The notes beneath the pieces are model-generated. The model saw only the letters and a program-made list of their open reading frames with translations. It was not told the DNA's origin and ran no database searches. DNA of 45,364 nt from a virus (lineage: Duplodnaviria > Caudoviricetes), in IMG/VR virus record IMGVR_UViG_3300037604_000088, positions 1-45,364 of that record; one strand, given 5' to 3'. A program made the position numbers and the translations under genes. Below, one piece after another: positions 9,503 through 18,896 of this stretch. Positions within the stretch are counted from its first letter, which is position 1. The number at the start of each line of letters is the position of its first letter.

Positions 9503-10852
9503 ATGCGACTTGAACCTGCGTTAAGGATCGCATTGATCTACGCGGTCTTTAGCCTGTTCTACATCTTCGTGTCGGACGTGCTTGTCGAGCATCTCGTCGC
9601 GGACACCGGCACCAGACTTGTCCAGACGGCAAAGGGCACGATCTTCGTACTGTTGTCGGCACTTGTCATCTATTTCCTGAGCCGCGCGGAACTGAAAAAG
9701 CAGGCACGGCTGCGTGAGGTCGCCCTGCGGGCGCAACGACTGGAAGCCATCGGTCAATTTGCCACGGTGATGGCGCATGATTTCAACAACATGCTGACGG
9801 TTGTCATTGGCGGATTGGAGATGAGCGAGGACACCCTGCCACCTGACCATCCCGCACACGTCCATCTCGCCAACTCCAGGAACGCGGCCGAAAAAGCCGG
9901 TGACCTGACGCATCGGATGCTTATCTTCTCCCGGCAAGGCCACCTGCCCCCTCGGCCGGTGGATGTCAACCAAAGCGCCAAGGAGCTGATCCCACTGTTG
10001 AACCTGGCCACGGGCGAAAAGGTATCGGTTCGCTGTAAATTGTCTGACGAATTGCCTCCAGTCATTGCCGAGCCGTCCAAGTTCCAAAACATACTTCTGA
10101 ATCTGATCGTCAATTCACGTGATGCCATGCCGGGAGGCGGGGACATCTTTCTGGAAACGGACCGCGAGCGTGTCGAGTCGCAGCTTTCCGACGGCCCGTG
10201 GACAGTGCCGCCCGGTGACTACGTCACGGTATCGGTTCGTGACACGGGCCAGGGCATGTCGAAGAAGGTAATGGAAAAGGTGCTGGAGCCATTCTTCACC
10301 ACCAAACCGATGGGCAAGGGAACCGGTCTCGGCCTGACCACGGTGCGCGACAGTATGCGAGCATGGCAGGGCCATCTGATGATCACCAGTTCTGTCGGAT
10401 TGGGCACGACGGTCAAGATGTATCTGCCGGCCACGCGTCATGAAACGCCAAGCCCCAAGGAGAAATTGCTTGGCACGACAGCCGCCAGTAAAGGCCAGAC
10501 CATCCTGCTGGTGGAGAACGAGGCCAATGTCCGCGCGGCGGTGGCCAGCCAATTGAAAAGTCTGGGATACCAAACCCAAAGTGCGGCAAATGTTTCCGAG
10601 GCCGAAGAAATCCTGCAATCGCACAGGGTGGACCTGCTGCTCAGTGACATCATGCTGGATGGCAACACGACCGGTATAGCGCTTGTCAAACTGGCGCGAT
10701 CTGCGGACAAGGATCTGAAAGTTATCGTGATGTCCGGCCAGGCAGACCCTGTCCTGACCGCCGAACTGGCAGAGTTTGCTGCACTGGGATGGTTGGCGAA
10801 ACCTTTCGATCGTGCCACCCTGAGCTTCGAACTTCGAAAGCTCCTGGGCTGA
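9503..10852 (+). CDS. Membrane-anchored hybrid sensor histidine kinase/receiver (CckA-like kinase core)
   Basis: H box AHDFNNML, N box LNLIVNSRDAM, DTGQGM, EPFFTTK..GKGTGLGL, C-terminal REC (DIML, AKPF); two N-terminal TM helices. Confidence 0.92.
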   Translation: MRLEPALRIALIYAVFSLFYIFVSDVLVEHLVADTGTRLVQTAKGTIFVLLSALVIYFLSRAELKKQARLREVALRAQRLEAIGQFATVMAHDFNNMLTVVIGGLEMSEDTLPPDHPAHVHLANSRNAAEKAGDLTHRMLIFSRQGHLPPRPVDVNQSAKELIPLLNLATGEKVSVRCKLSDELPPVIAEPSKFQNILLNLIVNSRDAMPGGGDIFLETDRERVESQLSDGPWTVPPGDYVTVSVRDTGQGMSKKVMEKVLEPFFTTKPMGKGTGLGLTTVRDSMRAWQGHLMITSSVGLGTTVKMYLPATRHETPSPKEKLLGTTAASKGQTILLVENEANVRAAVASQLKSLGYQTQSAANVSEAEEILQSHRVDLLLSDIMLDGNTTGIALVKLARSADKDLKVIVMSGQADPVLTAELAEFAALGWLAKPFDRATLSFELRKLLG

Positions 10853-11168
10853 AGGGGTAGCTCGTCGGCTGCGCCGAAGCTTCCTGCAGCGAATGTTGTT
10901 CTCCAACGCTTCGGCGGACCCGTCCACCGTCCCGATGGCTACCGTGATTACAGTGATCGGAAACTCCAGCCTCGTGGTATCCTTGTGTTGACCGAGTCAA
11001 CTGAACGTTCGGCAAGGTCGATGCCTTGTTGGAATCCTTTCCATGACTGTTGAGTGCTCCGAGCGTTTGATGCAAATTCATCGACGCCGCCGGAGCAACC
11101 TGTTTGACCATCGAGGTGTCTGTGAGGCGGAGCTTTGACGCTACAATCCTGACCCATACGGAGCCCCT

Positions 11169-11588
11169 ATGATCAAGACCACTGCCAAGCCGTCTGCCGC
11201 GCCCACCGCGAATGAGCGCGGGGGCGAACATGTGCTTGTGGCCGAGGATGACGACATGGTCCGCGAGCTTGTCGTGCAGCAACTCACCTCACTAGGCTAC
11301 AGGGTGTCCGAGGCATTGGACGGCCCGACCGTGCTGGAGATCATCCGCGAACGATCGGACATCGATTTGCTGTTTGCCGACCTCGTCATGCCGGGCGGCA
11401 TCTCTGGTCGCGACCTGGCCGAGGGGGTCGCTCAATTGCGCCCCGGACTGCCCATTCTTTTTACCTCGGGCTATGGCGAGGACAGCATTGTTCAAACCGG
11501 TCAGTTGGATCAGGGGTTCGAGCTGTTGCAAAAACCCTATCGAAAGCATGAACTGGCACGACGTTTGCGCCAAATGTTCGATGGCTAG
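11169..11588 (+). CDS. Single-domain response regulator (REC only)
   Basis: VLVAEDD, DLVMPGG, FTSGY, LQKPY motifs; no output domain. Confidence 0.88.
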   Translation: MIKTTAKPSAAPTANERGGEHVLVAEDDDMVRELVVQQLTSLGYRVSEALDGPTVLEIIRERSDIDLLFADLVMPGGISGRDLAEGVAQLRPGLPILFTSGYGEDSIVQTGQLDQGFELLQKPYRKHELARRLRQMFDG

Positions 11589-11773
11589 CGGTGACTGCTG
11601 GAGCGTTCTCCGAATGAAAGGTGTCGGTGCCAATCCGAATCTCCAGCCGGCACCGCAGGCGATGAGTGACGTGTCTTGGGGATGTAATTTCGGAGCACGT
11701 CGCCTATATCCGTGCAATGGATCCATGTGGCCAAGTATCGCCACACTGTGCCACGATGCTGGGAACGAAACAC

Positions 11774-12391
11774 ATGCCGGTCACGCATCAAAGCCTGCTG
11801 GACGCCATGGACGGGATCGCCATGATCCTCGATCACGAACTGCGCATTACCCAAGTTGGTGCCCCGAACTGGCAGCAATTCCTCGACGATAATGCGCTGA
11901 AGGACCCGGCGAGCCGTGATTGTTCTGAACAGCGTGTTCTCAACCGTCCAGTGGCACATTTCATCGCCGGAGATGCAGTGCGCACGACTTTCACGAAACT
12001 GTTTAACAGCGTGCTCAGCGGGACGCGTCCGGTCGTTCAGATTGATTATCGCTGCGACGCGCCGAAATTGCGCCGCGACATGCGTCTGTCGGTCAGGCCG
12101 ATCACGACCAACGATGACGTGAGCCATCTGCTCTATCAGTCCGTGGTTCTCTCAGCTCAGCAGCGCCCGGAAATCCCGCTGTTTGGCGTGCCGGTTGCGG
12201 ACCAGGATGACGAAGACATCCTGACGCTCTGCGCAATCTGTGCTCGAGTTGCCTGGCCAATCGGCGCACCGACGGGTGAACGGGAATGGATTGAGCCCGT
12301 CGAATACTATCGGCGCGGTGGCGGTGATATTGCTCTGATCTCCCATGGTTTTTGCAAGGATTGCTTCACGAGGCTTCAAGAAGAGCCATGA
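11774..12391 (+). CDS. PAS-like sensory protein with C-terminal CxxC...HGFCxxC putative zinc site
   Basis: LLDAMDGIAMILDHELRI PAS-like start; LCAIC and SHGFCKDC; start uncertain (11666/11717/11774). Confidence 0.7.
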   Translation: MPVTHQSLLDAMDGIAMILDHELRITQVGAPNWQQFLDDNALKDPASRDCSEQRVLNRPVAHFIAGDAVRTTFTKLFNSVLSGTRPVVQIDYRCDAPKLRRDMRLSVRPITTNDDVSHLLYQSVVLSAQQRPEIPLFGVPVADQDDEDILTLCAICARVAWPIGAPTGEREWIEPVEYYRRGGGDIALISHGFCKDCFTRLQEEP

Positions 12392-12586
12392 CGGCTCATA
12401 AAGGTCTCGGAGCACATGGCCGGAAGGCCCGCATCGCCGAAATCATTTGACAGAAAATGCCGGGGCAAGCACGAGTGGTCGACTCCGGCGGCGCTCAGCG
12501 ACAGCGGCTGAGGTGGCACGCGGATAACCGGTCGGGTTTCGTAACTTGCCTGCGAACTGGCGCTGGTTATTTGACCTCATTGTAAC

Positions 12587-12805
12587 ACCTCCACCACCGG
12601 CACGGTCACCTCGCTCGCCACCGGAGGCATGCCGGATCTCGATCCGGTCGACCGCCGAGCGCACCGCCGTCAGGAAATGCACCTTCATTCCTGTCGGCAC
12701 CGGCTCGCCAAGGGTCGATGACAGAGTCAGCCTGTGGTCAGCCCCCTCTTTGAGTGCCGCCGTGATCGTCCGGAACCGCGGCGCGCCCGGCATCTCCAGC
12801 ATGAT
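12587..12805 (-). repeat. Diverged, frameshifted copy of the 3' end of the tail gene (direct repeat of 13614-13831)
   Basis: 219 vs 218 nt colinear alignment with scattered substitutions and one 1-nt insertion. Confidence 0.92.
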
Positions 12806-13047
12806 GCGCGCCGATCCGGCGCAACCTGTCTGAGAGCCGGGACGCATGGGACCAGGTCAGCCCCATCCCGGCGTGCCAGCAGTAGTTTCCCTCTATTCTG
12901 CAATCACACGGCGAAACCAATTGCACTTCAAGGTTGTTCCGCTATGCAGTCAGATGCGCGGCCGGGCTGCGCGACATTGGGTGCCGAGCCTGGATCGTGT
13001 TGGAGAGATGCCGGACCAGACCGCAGAATGATCGAAGAGGAAAAGAC

Positions 13048-13413
13048 ATGCCGCATCCCGTCGATGTTCACGTGGGCAAACGTATCCGCCACCGCCGGTG
13101 GCTTGCGGGCATGTCCCAGCAGCAACTGGCCGATGCGGTCGGCGTAAAGTTCCAACAGATCCAGAAATACGAAACCGCCGCCAACTGGATAAGCGCATCG
13201 CGGCTGTGGGACGTGGCCGCGGCGCTCGAGGTTGATATCAGCTTCTTCTTCGAGGGTCTCGCCAGGAAGGGCGAGGCAGGCGGCGAGACGCAACCCGCCG
13301 ATATCCTCGCCGACAAGGAGGCGATCGAGCTCGTTCGCTCCTGGTACGCAATCCCCGAGGCGCAGCGCAAACGCCTGTTCGACCTCGCCCACGCTCTGAG
13401 CGAGGCGGGTTGA
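13048..13413 (+). CDS. XRE-family HTH transcriptional regulator (alphaproteobacterial 'HPVDVHVG' type)
   Basis: PHPVDVHVGKRIRHRR...SQQQLA...FQQIQKYE...SASRL; SD GAGGA upstream of ATG 13048. Confidence 0.92.
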   Translation: MPHPVDVHVGKRIRHRRWLAGMSQQQLADAVGVKFQQIQKYETAANWISASRLWDVAAALEVDISFFFEGLARKGEAGGETQPADILADKEAIELVRSWYAIPEAQRKRLFDLAHALSEAG

Positions 13414-13558
13414 AACGCCCTTGCAGCATCATGGTCTGGCCGCGCCCGGAGAGATAGCGGAGCGGCGCCACCACGACAGGGGCGAAGCCGACGGTCGACA
13501 GACCCGATCGCGCGGCACCAGCCACTCTCCGCAGGCACAGTCTGGATGCAATGAGAGA

Positions 13559-14752
13559 TCATTGCGGCGCCTCCGGACCGGGTGGTGTGCTCTGCACGTC
13601 CTCTGCATGCCCAACCTCCACGACCGGCACGGTCACCTCGCTCGCCACCGGGCCATGCCGGATCTCGATCCGGTCGGTCGCTGATCGCACCCCCGTCAGG
13701 AAATGCACCTTCGTACCTATCGGCACCGGCTCGCCAGGGGGCGATGACAAGGTCAGCCTGTGGCCCGCCCCCTCTTTGAGTGCCGCCGTGATCGTCCGGA
13801 ACCGCAGCGCCCCGGGCATCTCCAGCATGATTTGGCGATCGACATAGGCGTCCAGCGTTGCGATCGGCGCCACGCGCATCAGCACCGATCCCGAGGTCAT
13901 GGGACTCCGCAGTTGCAGCTCGTGCCCCCAGGTCGGCAGCCAGAAGCTCGCCTGCCGGCCGCGCAGGGACCACAGCCAGCGGCGCTGTGCCCAGCGTGCG
14001 GATGGCCCGTGCGCCTTGAGCGTGATCGTCTCGCTGCGCTCGAAGACATCGCGCACGGGCTCCACCACCACCGGGCCGAAGCCGTTGTCGACATACTCGA
14101 CCGCCCGGCGCAGGCTGGCGGTGAGCGGACGGCGCATAAGACTCGGGTCGGTCTGGACCGGTTGCCCCTGATAGACGGGCAGCACCAGGGGTGCGATCTC
14201 CGGCGCATCCCGCAGAAGCAGGCTTGCCGTGACCGTGCCGTCGCCCTGCCGGCGGCGCGCGATCTCGACGGGTGCGGTCAGCAGGCCTTCGCGAACGGGC
14301 GTGACCGCGATGCGCCCGGCGGCAACGGACGGGGCGGGCAGCTGCGCGTCCAGCGGCTCGGCCAGGATCAGCCGGTCGGCGTGAGCCTCGGCGACGCTCA
14401 CCGGCACCGCCGCCCCGCCATCCACCGCAATCGCGGTCAGCTCACCTGCCCGGAAATCCGACAGCCCGGTGTCGAGCGGGATCTCGGTCGCACCTCGCAC
14501 CAGATCGGTCCTCGGCTGCAGCGCCAGGTGCCAGAGCGGCACGCGCCACGCGCCGGCAAACCCGGCGCGCGCCAGTTCCGCCGCGCGCGCCATCCCGAGC
14601 GCGCCCAGCCGGTGGCGGAGCGTGACGATCTCGCGCGGCCGGGGGCGGAGTGCGATGCGCTGTTCGCCCGCGCCCGAGGGCAGCAAATCGGTGCGCCATT
14701 CCAGCACTTCCGTGACGTCCTGCGCTGCTGGAAACGGCCAGAGTTCAGGCAT
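13559..14752 (-). CDS. Minor tail (distal tail) protein downstream of tape measure
   Basis: EVLEWRTD...EQRIALR and LRGRQ..FWLPTW motifs; position. Confidence 0.82.
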   Translation of the reverse strand: MPELWPFPAAQDVTEVLEWRTDLLPSGAGEQRIALRPRPREIVTLRHRLGALGMARAAELARAGFAGAWRVPLWHLALQPRTDLVRGATEIPLDTGLSDFRAGELTAIAVDGGAAVPVSVAEAHADRLILAEPLDAQLPAPSVAAGRIAVTPVREGLLTAPVEIARRRQGDGTVTASLLLRDAPEIAPLVLPVYQGQPVQTDPSLMRRPLTASLRRAVEYVDNGFGPVVVEPVRDVFERSETITLKAHGPSARWAQRRWLWSLRGRQASFWLPTWGHELQLRSPMTSGSVLMRVAPIATLDAYVDRQIMLEMPGALRFRTITAALKEGAGHRLTLSSPPGEPVPIGTKVHFLTGVRSATDRIEIRHGPVASEVTVPVVEVGHAEDVQSTPPGPEAPQ

Positions 14753-17207
14753 TCAGGGCACTCCGGTTGCGGCGGATGACATTCAGGATGGCCCGTTCGC
14801 CAGAGGGTGTGGCGAGGTAGTCGCCCACCACCGAAGGGTCGAGCACGTTGACGATGCGGGTTGACATGTCCTGCGCGGGCTGCGTCGCGACCCCGCTGTT
14901 CATCTCGACCCCGAGCCGCCCGTCGCGCCCGCGGCGCAGTGGCAGGATCGCCTCGGGCCCGGCCTCGCCCATCAGGCCGATGCCCCGCGCAAACGGAAAC
15001 ACCGTGGGACGGTTGACCACGCCGCCCCGCGCAAAGGCGGTGAGGTCCTGTCCCCCGGCGAAGACACCGCCTCGCGCGAAGCCGAAGAGGCTGGCAAGGA
15101 AGCCGCCCCCACCGCCACCGGCACCCCCGCCGGAGAAGGCGCTGAGCAGAGCGTTCTCGATCGGCTTGAAGGCCGCCTCGATCAGCCGGTTGGCAAGGTT
15201 CTGGGCAATCCGCGAAACAGCGCTGGCGAAGCTCTGCCAGGAAACCTCTCCGGATTTGAGCGCCTCCTTGATGGGTCCGGTGATGTCCTGCGCGACGCCT
15301 TGCGCGATCTCGCGCGAGCGTTCCTGCGCCGCGCGCACCGCATCGGCAGTCGCCTCCCAGGCACCCCGCGCGGTCTCGGCCCCCTCGCGCAGGGCCTGAC
15401 CGGCGCTGCGACCGGCCCCGCCGGCGCGCCCTGCCGCCTCACCGCTGGCCTCGATCGCCGTCTCCAGCCCTTCGGCGGCCGTCCGCGCGCCGGTAAGGAC
15501 CGCCTCAGTATCGGCCCCCGATGCGGCCACCGCCTTGCGGAGCGCCGCCACCGACTCCAGCGGCGCCGTGGCGGCCTCCACCACGCCCGACATCATCTCG
15601 CGCAGGGCCTCGGCCTGACCACGCGCCTCTCGCGCAGAGGTGCCAAGCCCCAGATCCGGCATCGCGATGGGATCAGATGCGAAGGCTGTCTGGAACGCCG
15701 CCCGCGCCTCGGCACCCGCTTGCGCCGCCGATACCGCAAACGGATTGTCGATCCGACCCAACTCCAGAGTACCGATCAGCGAGACCCGTCGCTCGATCCC
15801 CAGCGCCTCGAGCCCGGCATTGATCCCGTCAAGGAAGCCGTTGATGCGCTTTCCGACACCGTTCAGCATTGACTCGACGCCCGCGATCAGCGCATTCGCC
15901 GCCTGGAACGCGAAATCCCCGATGGCACCGGGCAGCGCGCCCCAGAGCACCTTGATTGCCTCGAAGGCGCCCTGGAAGCTGTTCAGGGCGGCATTGCCAA
16001 AGCCGACGACTGCCTCAAGTGACGTCTGCAGCGCCTCGGCGACGGCCGCCCTGATCCCGGCCCAGCTGGCCATGATCTTGAGCCCCATGGCGATAGCGCC
16101 CAGCTGCATCCGCTCCCAGACCTCGCGCGCGAGATCGCCCAGAAGCGAGAGTGCCGCGCCAAACCCGCCCGCGCCGCGCACCAGGCGCGAGAACCAGTGG
16201 ATCAGTTCTCCCGCCGCGACCACGAGGCCAATGAGTGGCAGCCGCAGCAGCGCGCCGCGCAGGATGACCAGCGCCATGGCCAGCCCGCGCACCGAGGCCG
16301 CGGCGGCGATCTTGGCGGCAACAAAGCGCCCCGCCATCAGCGTGGCGATGCCGGCGGCATAGGAGGTGAGCCGCCCGAGATTGTCGAAGAGACCGCGAAT
16401 GGCCGCCCCCAGCGGCCCGGTGGTGCGCGCGACGGCGGCCATGGCCCCCGCGACGGATTCCAGCGCCGGGGCGGCGGCCACCGCCAGCTGGTTCGAGAGG
16501 CCACGCCAGATCAGCCCCAGCCGCGAGATCGCGTCATTGGTCCGCTCGATCCGGGCGGCGTCCTGATCGGACACGACCACGCCGAAGTCGCGCACGTCCT
16601 GCGTCGCCTGGCGCAGCGTCGCGCTGTCGATCCGGCTCATGGCGATCGAGCCTTCCTCACCGAAGAGCTGGCCCGCAACGGCGGCGCGCTCGGCCGCGGG
16701 CACAAAGCTTTCGATGGCAGCATTGATCGCCCCCACCCGCTGGTCCAGCGGCAGAGTGATCAGATCATTGGCCGAGAGCCCCAGCCGGTCCAGCGCGTCG
16801 GCTGCGGGGCCGGTCCCGGCGGCCGCCTGGCTGAGCCGCCGCGTCAGGTCCTTGGTCGCCTGTTCGATGCCGGACATCGACACGCCCGCCAGTTCGCCCG
16901 CGCGCTCCAGCGTCTGGACAGAGGCGACGGTGGTGTCGAGCGACTGCGCCAGCTTGGCCTGGGCATCGACTGTCTGCAGACCCGAGCGGATCATCGCACT
17001 GCCCGCTGCGGCCAGAGCCACCGTCGCGGCGGCCATGGCCACCCGCGCGCGCCGGGCAAAGGCCGCAAGCCGGGCATTCGCGGCCTCCATCTCGCGCGAG
17101 AGTCGCCCAAAGCCGCGCTTGCCGGCCTCGCCCACACCCTCCAGCTCGGCCTTGACCTGCCGCCCGCCTGTCGCAGACAGCCGCACGCTGACGCGCTTTT
17201 CTGTCAT
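14745..17207 (-). CDS. Tail tape measure protein
   Basis: 820-aa Ala-rich helical protein with C-terminal FARGG...GLMGEAGPEAILPL motif. Confidence 0.93.
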   Translation of the reverse strand: MTEKRVSVRLSATGGRQVKAELEGVGEAGKRGFGRLSREMEAANARLAAFARRARVAMAAATVALAAAGSAMIRSGLQTVDAQAKLAQSLDTTVASVQTLERAGELAGVSMSGIEQATKDLTRRLSQAAAGTGPAADALDRLGLSANDLITLPLDQRVGAINAAIESFVPAAERAAVAGQLFGEEGSIAMSRIDSATLRQATQDVRDFGVVVSDQDAARIERTNDAISRLGLIWRGLSNQLAVAAAPALESVAGAMAAVARTTGPLGAAIRGLFDNLGRLTSYAAGIATLMAGRFVAAKIAAAASVRGLAMALVILRGALLRLPLIGLVVAAGELIHWFSRLVRGAGGFGAALSLLGDLAREVWERMQLGAIAMGLKIMASWAGIRAAVAEALQTSLEAVVGFGNAALNSFQGAFEAIKVLWGALPGAIGDFAFQAANALIAGVESMLNGVGKRINGFLDGINAGLEALGIERRVSLIGTLELGRIDNPFAVSAAQAGAEARAAFQTAFASDPIAMPDLGLGTSAREARGQAEALREMMSGVVEAATAPLESVAALRKAVAASGADTEAVLTGARTAAEGLETAIEASGEAAGRAGGAGRSAGQALREGAETARGAWEATADAVRAAQERSREIAQGVAQDITGPIKEALKSGEVSWQSFASAVSRIAQNLANRLIEAAFKPIENALLSAFSGGGAGGGGGGFLASLFGFARGGVFAGGQDLTAFARGGVVNRPTVFPFARGIGLMGEAGPEAILPLRRGRDGRLGVEMNSGVATQPAQDMSTRIVNVLDPSVVGDYLATPSGERAILNVIRRNRSALNA

Positions 17208-17533
17208 CACTCAGCCTCCCTGCTGCCATCCATCTGGTTGTTGAGATGCCGCGCCATCACCGCCTCGATCACGGGCAGGAGCTCTGCGGTGGCACGGGCA
17301 TCCACGCCCAGCGCCTGCGCCATCGCGAGCGCCGCGCTCATGTCCCAGCCCAGCACCACGCCGGGCACGGCCCTGATCTGACCATTCAGCCGCCCGGCCA
17401 GATCCCAGGCCTGCCAGCCCTCATGCGTGCGCGGGGCGTTCAGGATTTGCGGGCAGTCTTCGCAGGCTTGCGCGCAGGCCGCGCAGTACCCTTCGCCCCC
17501 GCCCCAGACCCAGTCGGCGAGGGCGCGGAGGCG
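17207..17533 (-). CDS. gpT-like C-terminal part of tail assembly chaperone (reached by -1 frameshift; not in ORF track)
   Basis: Open -1 frame RLRALADWVWGGGEGYCAACAQACEDCP...GWDMSAALAMAQALG...EAE* following A AAA AAC; stop overlaps tape-measure ATG. Confidence 0.85.
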   Translation of the reverse strand, partial: RLRALADWVWGGGEGYCAACAQACEDCPQILNAPRTHEGWQAWDLAGRLNGQIRAVPGVVLGWDMSAALAMAQALGVDARATAELLPVIEAVMARHLNNQMDGSREAE

Positions 17534-17877
17534 TTTTTTTCCAGCTCAAGCTCCAGCCCTTTCGCGACGTAGTCCGTCTGGAAGCGCTCGAAGATCGGCC
17601 AGATGTCGAGGAGCGCCGCGATGCCTTCAGGCGCCACCGGCGTGGCGTTCCCATCGGCATCGCCCACACCGTCCCAGTCGAGAATGGCGCGTTCGGCAAT
17701 GGCGCGGGCGAAGATCACCGCGATCTCGTCGTCGCTGGTCCCCTCGGGCAGATCGCGCACCTCTGGGTCGCTGCGCGCCGCCACCATCAGCGCGGTGGTC
17801 AGCGGCTCAACCCGGACGCGCACGCCAAGGCCGAGATCGAGCCAGTAAGGTTCCCGGGCAAGGTTCAGGCGCAGCAT
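17440..17877 (-). CDS. Tail assembly chaperone (gpG-like)
   Basis: MLRLNL..EPYWLDL...AILDWDGVGDADG; between tail tube and tape measure; slippery site at E-K-N. Confidence 0.88.
   Translation of the reverse strand: MLRLNLAREPYWLDLGLGVRVRVEPLTTALMVAARSDPEVRDLPEGTSDDEIAVIFARAIAERAILDWDGVGDADGNATPVAPEGIAALLDIWPIFERFQTDYVAKGLELELEKNASAPSPTGSGAGAKGTARPARKPAKTARKS
17533..17539 (-). other. -1 programmed ribosomal frameshift heptamer A AAA AAC
   Basis: X XXY YYZ heptamer in frame at GAA AAA AAC. Confidence 0.85.
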
Positions 17878-17879
17878 GA

Positions 17880-18824
17880 TCAATACTCCTCCACGGAATT
17901 GACAAGGGTGACGGTGCACATCCGGCCCAGCACGGCGTCGCGCGCGGCCTGCCAGTCGAATGTGGCCTGCACGCCCTGCGGCCCGGTGATCTCGATGCGC
18001 GGGCGCGGCAGATAGACGGCATGGGCGGTCAGCGTCAGGCTTTCGCCGGAGGGCAGGGTGTAGCCAAAGGACAACTCGGAAGGCTCGCCATTGATCGCCT
18101 GGTCCACCAGCACCTGATCGGCGAACCGCACCTCGACCCGCCCGGTCAGGGCGGCAATGGACGGGTCCGCGCCGTCGATGCGCCCGTCGGAACGGATGGT
18201 TTCCACCCGGTCGAGATTGTTGGCCCATGTGATCTCGGCCGAGACGATGTTGCCGAGGGCCGTGCCGTTGCGGGTGATCTGTCCGTTGAAATGGCCAAAG
18301 CGCTGCAGGGCAAGCTCGGCCAGCGTGCCGGCGGCAGACGCGGTGGCGGTGCTTTCGCCCTGCGCCACGAGGCTCGCGGTTGCCGTCAGCAGCCCCGATC
18401 GCTGCATCTGCCAGCTGAGGGTGTCCAGCACGCAGCCCGAATACATCGCATAGCGGGGCACTTCGGGCATGCCGGTCTCGATCGACAGGCTCGGCAGGAC
18501 CCAGGACCCCGACCGGAACTCATGGGTGAATGGCCCCGGCGTCGTGCCGGTGGTTGTCGGCTGGCCGAAGGCGGCCTTCAGCCAGACCCCGAAGCCCTGC
18601 GCATCGATCGGCACAACGACATTGCCATCCGCCGTCACGGCGTCCTTGATCGGGGGTAGCGGGTCGCGGCCATAGCCCAGAAGCTCGCTGTTCAGGAGCG
18701 GCTGCTCGGCCCCCAGCGTCGCGCTCGCAAACGGCATTCTCGTGAAGCCGCTCGCGGGCGGCGTGCCATAAATCGTCTCGAACGCCAGCGCCATCTGCGC
18801 CCGCGCCCCCTGGGCTCGTGCCAT
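17880..18824 (-). CDS. Major tail tube protein
   Basis: MARAQGARAQMALAFET start, LPSLSIETGMPEVP; position; SD AGGAG. Confidence 0.9.
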   Translation of the reverse strand: MARAQGARAQMALAFETIYGTPPASGFTRMPFASATLGAEQPLLNSELLGYGRDPLPPIKDAVTADGNVVVPIDAQGFGVWLKAAFGQPTTTGTTPGPFTHEFRSGSWVLPSLSIETGMPEVPRYAMYSGCVLDTLSWQMQRSGLLTATASLVAQGESTATASAAGTLAELALQRFGHFNGQITRNGTALGNIVSAEITWANNLDRVETIRSDGRIDGADPSIAALTGRVEVRFADQVLVDQAINGEPSELSFGYTLPSGESLTLTAHAVYLPRPRIEITGPQGVQATFDWQAARDAVLGRMCTVTLVNSVEEY

Positions 18825-18896
18825 GGTGGTTTCTCCTGTAGGGTCAAGCTGCCGGTCTGCTCAGAGCGGCAGGAAACGAAAAAGGGACAGTATGAA

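Noticed and set aside
13048-13413. Prophage CI repressor
   Set aside because: No S24 peptidase domain, host-type family, and located in tail cargo far from early promoters
12587-13831. Diversity-generating retroelement TR/VR pair
   Set aside because: Mismatches are not adenine-specific, there is an indel, and no reverse transcriptase is in the window
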